Source of the DNA: Macrostomum lignano
Taxonomy: Eukaryota
Direction of reading: 5' to 3'
NCBI GenBank assembly: GCA_002269645.1
Contig: NIVC01000486.1
Location: forward strand, 1-64,000
DNA length: 64,000 nucleotides
Within the stretch, counting starts at the first letter, position 1. Each line of letters begins with the position of its first letter. The notes under the pieces were generated by a model. That model saw nothing but the letters and a program-made list of their open reading frames with translations. It searched no databases and was not told the origin of the DNA. This document shows, one piece after another, positions 1-10,865 of this stretch. Made by a program: the position numbers and the translations under genes.

Positions 1-1912
1 GTTGTTTATTTGTATCTTCAAGGTCTTATTGCCATTGATATTTTTAAATATAAATTTATCATTGGCTTACAAAATTATTTGCCTATTTTACTAGAAGTTA
101 AACAACAATCAAGGGCAAGCAAAGTTGCAAAATTGTTAGAAGCATACAATTTTAACCTCCAAAATTTGGTCGGCCATGCAACTTAGTTTTAACAAAAATG
201 CAATGTAGTTTTTGGCCAAAAATGTGACTTACATGTAAAAAAACCCTAAAGCAAAATTAACGCAACTTTGGGTAAACGACAGGAGTAACTATAAGTTCTG
301 TCTTATTAAGCCAAAATGCCTCGTCAGCTACTTAGTACTACTACTTGGGTATTTTTCCTGGTGGGCATTTTTGCGACTTCCTTGGTTGGCTGCCAAATCA
401 GTCAGCCAGATCGGCTGACTCAGCCAACTATTGTGCATGTATGGTTAGAAGTTATATATTTGGACAATTAGGGAATTTTTCACAATAGCTACAGAAATCA
501 ATAAGCTTAGGCAGCTAAAGAATTGTCATGAGATACTCGTAGTAGAAATGGCAGAGATTACCATTTTTTCTTAGATAGCAACTTTTCCTATTTTCAATGG
601 TAGGCACTTTATAACTGCTCCTTTTCTATAAGGGTTTTAGCATTTTAGCTATATAGTTCTTTGGATATTTAGCCTGGTTTTTTGGGATATGTCATGATTA
701 AAGGTTGCTAGAAAAGCAGGAAAGGTACAAAAGGTTTCTTTTATAAATACAAGCTAAGCTACATTTTGGTGGAAAAACAACTTGCATGGCTTATAAATCA
801 AGGGATATGCACATATGCTAATCATTTTAAAAATTAAGGTTTATTAATAAACTTTCATAGTAATATAACATTGAGATAGAATTTATTATCAACAAAGAAT
901 GCCTAAAGGTAATTCCATGGTATGGTCATTATTAAGCATGATAAAAAATTACAAATATTTGTTGTATTTCTAATAAATCAATAGTATATTTTTGGTTTTA
1001 ACTTGTATTTTAGTGGTTATTAGCATTGTAACTAAAGTTTTTGCTTTGTTTTGTAAGTCTTGAAAAATTTTAATGTCTTGTGGGACTTACTAAAAATTGT
1101 ATTTTTAAATACAGATCATAAATCTAGTCAATACAGTTTATTTAATGTTTTTTGTAAAACTATTAGTTTTAAATATGAATATTGTTACCTCAAATCTTTT
1201 TCATCAATTATCTCAATGAACTTCTATTATAGAAATATACTTTTGGTTAAAGTGGATACTTTTTCTTGCCTTGTAAAAAACAACCATATTTTTTAGCTAA
1301 CAACTTTTTATACCAGTTTTCTAAAGCTATATAAAACAAAAATAATGAAAGAAAAATGTATACTTAGCCTTTATCTTTGTTTTAATAAAATGTTGTTCTA
1401 ACTAATAATTCAAAGAACCTTTAATGTGACTTAATATATCTTGATATTGTCAACTACTTCAGCTTTCTAGAAAGTTGTGAGAAATTATTTAAAATTTTTA
1501 TGCCATGTCAACTTGCCTTTTCTTTGTTTATTATTTCTATTCAACATCTCTAGAAAATAATTGAGTTTAAGTAATTGGATTTTACACATTTTTAGCATAT
1601 TAGATTTCATCTTATCATAGGTTATGAAGTAAGATATTGGATATTTACATTTTTATAGTTACGTATATTGATTAAGATGTTATTGTTACTTGTATTTAGT
1701 ATTACACAACATTCAATTACAGCTAACAGTCCAGGTACAAAGTATTTTAAAGCATGTTTAATTTACTACTGTAAGTAGCTGCACTACTCTATGCCAATAA
1801 TTGTACTTAAAATGGTACTTTGAGTAGGAACATGAAAATCAAGACAGCATTGCTTTCGATCAAGTAATAATGGTCTGTTATAGGCTGTGTAGGCATTCCC
1901 TATAAAAATCTG

Positions 1913-3764
1913 TCAAATTACACTATAAGACATTGGTAATGATTCGCCAATGGTTACTTTTTTGCTTTTTAATTCTTTATAGCTAGTGTGCATAAACCAG
2001 TGTACATGTACAGTGTAGGCCTCAGTTGGTATTGACTTGGTAGTGAAATTTCGTTTTGCCAACTGCCTACATAAGCGCCGTTTCATTGACGACCTGTTTT
2101 CAGGCTTCTCACAGGAAAAACGACTCTTTCTGGGCAAATACTTGTGTCCCAGATTGGCTGGAACATGTCAGGCTCTGCCAATAGCAGCGAATTGTCTAAT
2201 AATTCATCTAGCTTATTGCCCATCTTGGCAATGTACTCATCATAGAAATCATTGAGCATCATTGGTCCAGTTGTGAACACAGCTTCCATTGAGGTCCGCT
2301 TCCTATAGGCCCAGTTCCATTGAAACCAGGCTGGCCAGCGCTGCAGCACGTAGGTTAAAAATGCCTGACCTGGGCGGCTCATAATCAGTGCATTTGATAT
2401 TAGCCGCGGCTTATTGTAGAGAAACAGAGCGTGCTCAACTGGCTCTTGGGACCACACGGCCGAATAGTTGGTTAGCAGTGGCCTCAGATCGCGTCTCAGC
2501 TCAACATCGATGTCGGCGTACACCCGCCCACATGGTGCATCACAACTAGCCGGCCAATGTCGGAGCGCTCCAGTTCATTGGTTAGCTGTCTGTAGACTCT
2601 GTACAGTGTAGGATAGTATGTGCCTGAAATTTGTATTGGTATGGAAGCCGCACAGAAATTTATATTTGTTTGCAAACTTAACAATGCAGAAAAGAAATGG
2701 CTTCAACTACATAATTCGTGGCTTTTGCACTTCTTTTTGAACTGTGCAGTCAGTCTGGCTTTTTAACTGTGAAATGCATCTTAAATGCCCGCTAAAAATA
2801 GCTAGAGTCATTGCAAACGCCTCACTAGTGACTCTAGCACCTCTGGACCGACTCTTGTGACTTTTTAGCGACTCAAACAACTGTAATGCGACAGAAAGAT
2901 CCAACTGTTGAGTCACGAGCACATCACATGAAGTGTAAAAGAGTTGCGAAAAAGTCGTCCAATAGTCGATGTGTTAGTGCTAAACTTTCTACTAACTAAA
3001 GTAGTATGAAAAGAGATGTTAAAAACGCTGAATGCGATTATGATTCACAGATGCGCTATAGATGCAAATCGGTGAGTCTACAGCAAATTTAGCGCGCCTC
3101 AGATATGATTCCACGGTCTCAGAGTCGACTCTTTAACGACTGATACCGTGACATTTCGTCGCTTTTAGAGTCGTTTCGAGTCACTTCTTTCCTATTTTAC
3201 TTGTGTTGCCTGCAACAGCTTTTGGGGCGACACAAATGACCAACTTGGCCTAGGTATCTTTTTCATTGGAATTAGCAATTTTAAATACTTGCCAATCAAC
3301 GTGTCCAACTGTTGGTCAGTCCAGTGCATGAATCGAAATCGTCTGGCACGTGTGTCTTTACTATTATTAAGCAGCCGGATCCAGGATTTCAAATATTGCA
3401 CGTGCTTCTTCATAGCGTTGCCCCGCTTGCTAGTAAAGTGCACAATTGGCGGTATTTCATCCGGGTAGACTTGACCAATGCGCCAGCATTGAATAGTGCC
3501 TTTCGCTAAGGCAGGTCGCAGTTTCGTAGCTTTATTAGCCTCCTGATAATCGCTCCATTCGGTTGTATTGGCTAACTTGGCTTCGTATTCCTCGGCGTTG
3601 AATACGCCAGCCACTTCGGGCACGTCAACTAACGGCTGGCGTAGCCAGGACTCGCTGCTTTGGATTTGAGTCACAAACATCAGCAGAGTTACCGCCGCCG
3701 CTAGCAGGCATAGAGTGTAGGTTAGACCGCGAAGCGTGCACTTTTTGGCGCTTGTGTTCAGCAT
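1913..3764 (-). CDS. Glycosyltransferase family 32 (DXD sugar-binding; Och1/Sur1/alpha-1,4-GT-like), type II membrane protein; two exons, two apparent 1-nt frameshifts
   Basis: First ATG at 3764 gives MLNTSAKK...LCLLAAAVTLLMFV (signal anchor), then IPPIVHF...FMHWTDQQLDTLIG. Exon 1 is 3764-3293, the intron 3292-2624 (GC..AG), and exon 2 is 2623-1913 reading TYYPTLY...ERSDIGRLVVMHHVGG/VYADID (GG-x-Y-x-DxD motif), NALIMSRPGQ, TTGPMML. The frame is restored by adding 1 nt at 2523-2525 (GGG) and at 2136-2138 (TTT on the minus strand). Confidence 0.85.
3048..3190. repeat. Dispersed repeat, also found at ~5338-5520
   Basis: cagatgcgctatagatgcaaatcggtgagtctacagcaaatttagcgcgcctcagata at 3048 matches cagatgcgctttagatgcaactcagtgattctacagcgactctagcgcgcctcagata at 5338. 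The copies lie in introns of two different genes. Confidence 0.7.
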
Positions 3765-4526
3765 TATAGCGGCGGTGTACGCGCGACCAGAAGATCTGCT
3801 ATTTAAATTCAAACGCTAACATCCGTTATTTCTCTTTGAAACGAAAACTTGCTTATTTTGCCATTGACGAGTGATTATCGCTTAGGCTTGTCAGGATTTA
3901 GGAAGAACGAGTTTTTTGTATTGCCGCTTGGCTGGAGTTGGGTTCGCTGCGGAAGGTCTGGCTTCCTTAATGTCTCCCGGGTTGGAAGGCTGTGGCTGGA
4001 AAAATTTTCCTATCCTCCTCGTCTGAGTTCAGTTCTCTAGCCTGGCTTCAGCTAACATTGAGCTGACTCTCACCCAACCAGAATTGAGAATGCATATTGG
4101 ACTCAGAAATATCGATATGACTAGCGGTCAGCGAACCTATGCAGTAAACTGGTGCACAGTGCTAAAATTTCACGCTGTGTGTAGATTCCTGGCTATTATT
4201 GGCTGTGTTGAAAGTAATTTAATAAAATTCTGTTACACTTGCAGACTTTTGTTTTACTGAATAAAAAAATGGTTCCTCTCTCTCTCTCTTAGTGTGGTCT
4301 TGACTCAATTTACTATTACTAACATGTGTGGGTATGATTTTCGATAGTGCCTCAGAATATTGGCTTGGCTTATTAGCGTATACTGTGTACTTTTTATTCA
4401 CATCCGCCGCTCACTTTTCAGCAGTCCGCTAATCGAACGCCCGCCCGTCAGCGGCGACCCGCAGCGGCGCAAGAACTCAAGCATCATCAACAGCAGCATC
4501 CGCGGCCATTAGTGCAGCTGCACCGA
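3765..4526. promoter_or_regulatory. Probable bidirectional promoter between the GT32 gene and RPA12
   Basis: The two start codons diverge about 760 bp apart, with a GC-rich patch at 4420-4510. Inferred from gene geometry only. Confidence 0.45.
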
Positions 4527-5890
4527 ATGCACCTGGAGTTCTGTTATACCTGCGGCGCTATGCTGCCGGCCTATTGGGAGTCGCAGGTGGCCTGCTCAGC
4601 TTGCAAGAGAGTCACCTGCTTGGCCTGGTTCTCCGATTGTCCGCCTGCCCAGTTTCAGCTGCTGTTCGAGTCCAACTCTGCCGCTGAACAACAGGCCGAT
4701 GACGAGGCTGATGGTCCAGACTCTGATGCTGAAGGCTGCGATCAGGAGAGAGCTCCCGTAGATCCTAAGTGAGTGGCTGCTCAAGTAATGCTTGCCAGCA
4801 CCATGTTGATTGAGTTGGTTGGGAAGCAGCTTTGGGTCTTTCTAGTTAGTTCGCATATTGGGCTTTGACCACTGTGGCAAGATCAGAAGACAAGCAGTCT
4901 TGCCCATTCCGCTGACTCATACAATGCTTAAGCAGGCACGCTCAGACAGAACGACTTAAGTAAATTAGAGCGGGAAACTTCATTTCTTAGAAAATATTTG
5001 ATGGCTGGCTTTATATGAGAAATTCAATATTCTATTGACGTACCGAAATTTACTGATTTTGCATTGTATTTTTAGTGTAAAACCGGCCTTCAAATATTTT
5101 CCAAGAAACTGAAATTTACTGAATTTGCATTGTATTTTTTAGTGTAAAAGCGGCCTTCAAATATTTTCCAAGAAACTGAAATTTACTGAATTTGCATTGT
5201 ATTTTTTGTGTAAAACCGGCCTTCAAATATTTTCCAAGAAACAGAAATTTACTGATTTTGCATTGTATTTTTTAGTGTAAAACCGGCTTTCAAATATTTT
5301 CCAAGAAACTGAAATTTACCATCTTTCACGAGTGACGCAGATGCGCTTTAGATGCAACTCAGTGATTCTACAGCGACTCTAGCGCGCCTCAGATACGGCT
5401 CTACGGCCACAAAGTTGTTTCCGAGTCGAGTCGCAAACGAAACGCCTCAAATTGACTCTTAGGCGACTCTGCTGAATTTTTACCGACTTGACATCTCGTC
5501 GTTTTAGAGTCGTCTAAGAGTCTCTTCTGGTCACTTGCTCTGCCCCTCAGTGCCCTCTTCCCCACCCTACCCGGCAGATTCGCCAAGCTCGTAGCCAGCG
5601 TCCGTCGCGAACTGATCGGCGGCGAGATGGAGGCGGACGACGACGCGGACGGCGGCAGCTCCCGGCACCGGCAGAAGCAGCAGCGCCGCAGGCTGCAAAA
5701 GCAGCAACAGCAGCAGCAGGAGTCAGAGAATCAGGACGGTATCAGCTTGCCAACTGTGCGCAGAGAGTGCCAGCACTGCGGTTGCGACAGAATGTACTAC
5801 AGAACTATGCAGACCAGATCGGCTGACGAGGGCCAGACTGTGGTGTACACGTGTACCAGTTGCAGCAGGACCGAAGTGGAATTCTCCTGA
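4527..5890 (+). CDS. POLR1H: DNA-directed RNA polymerase I subunit RPA12 (ZNRD1/POLR1H), two exons
   Basis: Exon 1 is 4527-4768 (MHLEFCYTCGAMLP...CSACK zinc ribbon; donor AA|gtgagt). Exon 2 is 5578-5890 (ggcag|A), with matching phase 2. The C-terminal TFIIS-like ribbon reads RECQHCGCDRMYYRTMQTRSADEGQTVVYTCTSC. Total 184 aa. Confidence 0.92.
5045..5318. repeat. Tandem repeat, ~67-bp unit x4, in the RPA12 intron
   Basis: Repeated gaaatttactgaatttgcattgtatttttagtgtaaaaccggccttcaaatattttccaagaaact. Confidence 0.9.
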
Positions 5891-5995
5891 TCTTTGTCTC
5901 TTGTCTGTTGCGGATTGCCCTGTCAAGTAACTGATTGAATTATTAATTAGAATTTATTGCTAGTCTAGCGGATTGCTTGTTTAGCTAGGATGGAT

Positions 5996-6430
5996 CACAG
6001 TTCCTAGAGTAACTAGATGGGCCACTCAGCACATTTGCGTGCAAGCTACTTTCAGTTCAGTAGTAAGTTAAACTGAAGCATTTTTATGTATTTTTAAAGA
6101 CAAGCTCATTTATTGGCTCTTACCCACAAACTTAAACCCTCAAACTCCACACAGAACCTCTACCCCTGCCCTGCCACCCAGTTTTTATTACATTCTTCGG
6201 TTGTTCCAGCCTAAAGCTGCCATGTACGTTTCAGTGGTCAATGTACATTATGGCTGAACCCATTAGCAAGCTGTTTACGTCTGCAAACTTGGGCTTCTAA
6301 TAAACTTATCAAAGTCATTTCAGCTGCCTTTATTTTATAAAATAGCTTATGTATTCTTCATTGCTACTGAACTGAAAGTAGAATGCTGTTTTACTAAGTA
6401 TATATGCCTGAGTGGCCCATCTCTTAGTAG
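5996..6430. mobile_element. MITE family A copy (same family as 18385-18819, 22210-22694, 24420-24621, 31213-31340)
   Basis: Terminal inverted repeats agatgggccactcag...ctgagtggcccatct and subterminal ctactttcagttcagtag/ctactgaactgaaagtag; the internal sequence is shared with the other copies. Confidence 0.8.
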
Positions 6431-6840
6431 AACGTAACGCGCTAGTTTAGCTATCATGAATAGGAATTGTCATTCTTGGCAATTGAGAACACAAGATTTT
6501 AGATGCAGTGCTTTGCTCTAACGCATGTTTATCATTGCCAGTGCATTTTTTCATATACTTGAGTACAAATACAAGCATAATAAAACTCATTTAGAACAGG
6601 TCATAAACACGTGGCTGAAATCATGTGTGTCCTCTTGAGTGTGAAAGCTTAGAGTGTTGATAGGTTGCAACTCAATTCTGTGTCAATCGTGTATGACAAT
6701 AAATGCTAATAAACAAACACGCATCACTGCTCTAAATTGGAAGTGTTTTTTTGTCAGAATAATTTCTCTTTGTGAGTAGAACGATAAAATGTTCGAGAAG
6801 GTTTAGATTAGAGAAAATTTGTGAGCTTTGTTGCTGAATT

Positions 6841-8100
6841 TGCATGCTTTAGTAGGGTGTGAATGCGTGCTTTAGTAGGGTGTGAATGCATGCTTTAGTA
6901 GGGTGTGAATGCGTGCTTTAGTAGGGTGTGAATGCGTGCTTTAGTAGGGTGTGAATGCGTGCTTTAGTAGGGTGTGAATGCGTGCTTTAGTAGGGTGTGA
7001 ATGCGTGCTTTAGTAGGGTGTGAATGCGTGATTTAGTAGTGTGAATGCGTGCTTTAGTAGGGTGTGAATGCATGCTTTAGTAGTATGTGAATGTGCTTTA
7101 GTAGGGTGTGAATGCATGCTTTAGTAGTGTGAATGCATGCTTTAGTAGTATGTGAATGCATGCTTTAGTAGGGTGTGAATGCATGCTTTAGTAGTATGTG
7201 AATGTATGCTTTAGTAGGGTGTGAATGCATGCTTTAGTAGTATGTGAATGTATGCTTTAGTAGGGTGTGAATGCATGCTTTAGTAGGGTGTGAATGCATG
7301 CTTTAGTAGTATGTGAATGTATGCTTTAGTAGGGTGTGAATGCATGCTTTAGTAGGGTGTGAATGCATGCTTTAGTAGTATGTGAATGCATGCTTTAGTA
7401 GTATGTGAATGTATGCTTTAGTAGGGTGTGAATGCATGCTTTAGTAGTGTGAATGCATGCTTTAGTAGGGTGTGAATGCGTGCTTTAGTAGGGTGTGAAT
7501 GCGTGATTTAGTAGTGTGAATGTGCTTTAGTAGGGTGTGAATGCATGCTTTAGTAGTATGTGAATGTATGCTTTAGTAGGGTGTGAATGCATGCTTTAGT
7601 AGTATGTGAATGTATGCTTTAGTAGGGTGTGAATGCATGCTTTAGTAGGGTGTGAATGCATGCTTTAGTAGTATGTGAATGCATGCTTTAGTAGGGTGTG
7701 AATGCATGCTTTAGTAGTATGTGAATGCATGCTTTAGTAGGGTGTGAATGCATGCTTTAGTAGTATGTGAATGTATGCTTTAGTAGGGTGTGAATGCATG
7801 CTTTAGTAGGGTGTGAATGCATGCTTTAGTAGTATGTGAATGTATGCTTTAGTAGGGTGTGAATGCATGCTTTAGTAGGGTGTGAATGCATGCTTTAGTA
7901 GTATGTGAATGCATGCTTTAGTAGTATGTGAATGTATGCTTTAGTAGGGTGTGAATGCATGCTTTAGTAGGGTGTGAATGCATGCTTTAGTAGGGTGTGA
8001 ATGCATGCTTTAGTAGTATGTGAATGTATGCTTTAGTAGGGTGTGAATAGATTAAGTAGGGTGTGAATAGATAAGTAAGGTGTGAATAGATAAGTAAGGT
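6841..8100. repeat. Minisatellite, ~23-bp unit (gcatgctttagtagggtgtgaat)
   Basis: About 50 near-identical tandem units with no spacers. Confidence 0.97.
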
Positions 8101-8145
8101 GTGAATAGAATAAGAATGGTGTCAATGCTCTGTTAGGTTGTGAAT

Positions 8146-8644
8146 ATGGCAGAAACAAGTTCTTCCTTAGACTGCGCATTGAAGTCAGCCTTGACCCCAT
8201 TTCAGCGCATCGTCGCCAGATCCAGGTGCTAATCCAGTTGCTAGGCAAACGCTCCGATCCCGGCAGGCCGCTCGCATCCGCCGTGCTCACCGCCTACCTG
8301 CGCCGGCGCCAGTTGCCGCCTTGGACGGCGTTTTTCCTGCACCGCGGTCAGGTGATCAACGATCAGTGGGGCCTGAGCCACTTCAACTGGCCAGTGGAGG
8401 GTGGCAACTATCACGTACTGCGCACCGGCTGCTATCCATACGTGAAGTACCACTGCACCAGGGCTCCACCGGACCCCGGCCTGCTCAGCCAGGACCGGTT
8501 CTACACCTGTTTGAAGGCGGCTAATTTTGGTCTGCCAACTCTGGCCTACGGCTTGGCGGCCAGGTTCCTAGCCAAGCACTCGGAGTCTATTAGCGTTGAA
8601 ACCGCCAGGTCACCGTGTACTTTTGGATGGCTGAGACCTGGTAG
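8146..8644 (+). CDS. C15orf61: C15orf61-like conserved uncharacterised protein (two apparent 1-nt deletions)
   Basis: RPLASAVLTAYLRRRQLPPWTAFF...NDQWGLSHFNWPVEGGNYHVLRTGCYPYVKYHCTRAP...RFYTCLKAANFGLPTLAYG closely matches the human C15orf61 core as I recall it. The ATG at 8146 joins if a G is added at ~8225. The conserved end (QVTVYFWMAETW*, TAG 8642-8644) lies in the shifted frame after ~8605. Confidence 0.88.
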
Positions 8645-8671
8645 CGGCCAATCTCTGCACTCATATCAGCC

Positions 8672-8953
8672 ATGGCCAATTTCGGTGCATTCAATTATTG
8701 GCCAACATTCTGGGGCTATCTGCTCATCTTCCTGTGTCTGTGGGGCCTGGCAACTCTGCTCAGACTCATTCTGATGCTGCTCTACAGCTGCCTCAGCAGC
8801 CTATGGAATCTAATTCGGTCACAGAGGAAGCCAGCTAGCCAAGAAATGAGCAGTACTCCTGCTACTACTAATAGTAACTCAATTAGTCAGGTAGAAGAGC
8901 TGCCGACTGACTCGCATTCAGAAGAATCTGATATTAAAGATGACAGTTATTAG
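8672..8953 (+). CDS. Small single-pass membrane protein, 93 aa, unknown family
   Basis: ATG at 8672 in the context cagccATGg. Hydrophobic stretch FWGYLLIFLCLWGLATLLRLILMLLYSCL, then an acidic Ser/Thr-rich tail. No family recognised. Confidence 0.5.
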   Translation: MANFGAFNYWPTFWGYLLIFLCLWGLATLLRLILMLLYSCLSSLWNLIRSQRKPASQEMSSTPATTNSNSISQVEELPTDSHSEESDIKDDSY

Positions 8954-9077
8954 TGTGTGATTACTTTGTGTCTGTACTGAGGTTTGATCTCGTGAGTTCA
9001 GTTAATTTTAAACAGCGATTGAGCCGTCACTTGCTTATTTTGTCATTTTTAACTGATTATACTTTTTTAACAGTATT

Positions 9078-10105
9078 GCATTTCCTGTATCTGAGGCGTG
9101 CCATTTCTGTATCTGAGGGGTGCCATTTCTGTATCTGTGGCGTGCCATTTCTGTATCTGAGGGGTGCCATTTCTGTATCTGAGGCGTGCCATTTCTGTAT
9201 CTGAGGCGTGCCATTTCTGTATCTGAGGGGGTGCCATTTCTGTATCTGAGGGGTGCCATTTCTGTATCTGAGGGGTGCCATTTCTGTATCTGAGGGGTGC
9301 CATTTCTGTATCTGAGGCGTGCCATTTCTGTATCTGAGGCGTGCCATTTCTGTATCTGAGGGGGTGCCATTTTTGTTTCTGAGGGGTGCCATTTCTGTAT
9401 CTGAGGGGGTGCCATTTTTGTTTCTGAGGGGTGCCATTTCTGTCTGAGGCGTGCCATTTCTGTATCTGAGGTGTGCCATTTCTGTATCTGTGGCGTGCCA
9501 TTTCTGTATCTGAGGCGTGCCATTTTTGGTTCTGAGGGGTGCCATTTCTGTATCATCTGTGGGGGTGCCATTTCTGTTTCTGAGGGTGCCATTTCTGTAT
9601 CTGTATCATCTGTGGGGATGCCATTTCTGTTTCTGAAGGGTGCCATTTCTGTATCATCTGTGGGGATGCCATTTCTGTATCTGTGGGGTGCCATGTCTGT
9701 ATCATCTGTGGGGGTTCCATTTCTGTTTCTGAAGGGTGCCATTTCTGTATCATCTGTGGGGATGCCATTTCTGTATCATCTGTGGGGTGCCATTTCTGTT
9801 TCTGAAGGGTGCCATTTCTGTATCATCTGTGGGCATGCCATTTTTGTATCATCTGTGGGCATGCCATTTTTGTATCATCTGTGGGGGTGCCATTTCTGTT
9901 TCTGAAGGGTGCCATTTCTGTATCATCTGTGGGGATGCCATTTCTGTATCTGTGGGGTGCCATGTCTGTATCATCTGTATCTGTGGGGGTGCCATTTCTG
10001 TATCTGAAGGTGCCATTTCTGTTTCTGGGGGTTGCCATTTCTGTTTCTGAGGGGTGCCATTTTTGCTTCTGAGGAGTGCCATTTTTGCTTCTGAGGGGTG
10101 CCAGT
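9078..10105. repeat. Minisatellite, ~22-25-bp unit (gtgccatttctgtatctgagggg) with variant blocks
   Basis: Tandem units seen directly; they explain all overlapping ORFs at 9035-10149. Confidence 0.96.
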
Positions 10106-10865
10106 TGTGTAACTGAGTGAAAATCAAAATAATCCCAATTTGGCGTCATCTTGTCTTCTTATTGATTTTGCATTTTGTTTATAGCATGTTGTGTAGAACA
10201 GAATAGGTCAAATTTAGTGATATTGAAATGTAAAGTTTATTATTTTTTTTGCGCAAAAATGGAAGCATGCGGCATAACTTAACTGCGTGCTCTTCTGCTT
10301 TAGTTGCCTGCTATGCGTGGAAGTTGTCTGAAACCATATCGTCACTACTTTTTCGTTTAAATACAATTGTACTTTGGAATGTTCTAGTTTGTGCTTGTTT
10401 ATTTATTTGCTTGATTGGTCAGGCTAGAATGCACAGGTAATTATCGGATTAGTCAGGCTAGATTGCACAGGTGATTATCTGATTGGTCAGGCTAGAATGT
10501 ACAGGTGATTATCTGATTGGTCAGGCTAGAATGCACAGGTGATTATCTGATTGGTCAGGCTAGAATGCACAGGTGATTATCTGATTGGTCAGGCTAGATT
10601 GCACAGGTGATTATCTGATTGGTCAGGCTAGAATGCACAGGTGATTATCTGATTGGTCAGGCTAGAATGCACAGGTGATTATCTGATTGGTCAGGCTAGA
10701 ATGCACAGGTGATTATCTGATTGGTCAGGCTAGAATGTACAACTGATTATCTGATTGGTCAGGCTAGAATGCACAGGTGATTATCTGATTGGTCAGGTTA
10801 GTATGCACAGGTGATTATCTGATTTGTCAGGTTAGTATGCACAGGTGATTATCTGATTGGTCAGG

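Noticed and set aside
1-1900. AT-rich region with ORF 1060-1296
   Set aside because: TTG start, low-complexity AT composition, and no recognisable motif or splice structure.
9035-10149. Long repetitive ORFs here, and at 25587-26357, 29526-29969, 36211-36709, 38281-38710, 40281-40756, 49885-50411 and 54184-54978
   Set aside because: They are translations of minisatellites, microsatellites or transposon subrepeats, open by chance, and mostly intronic.
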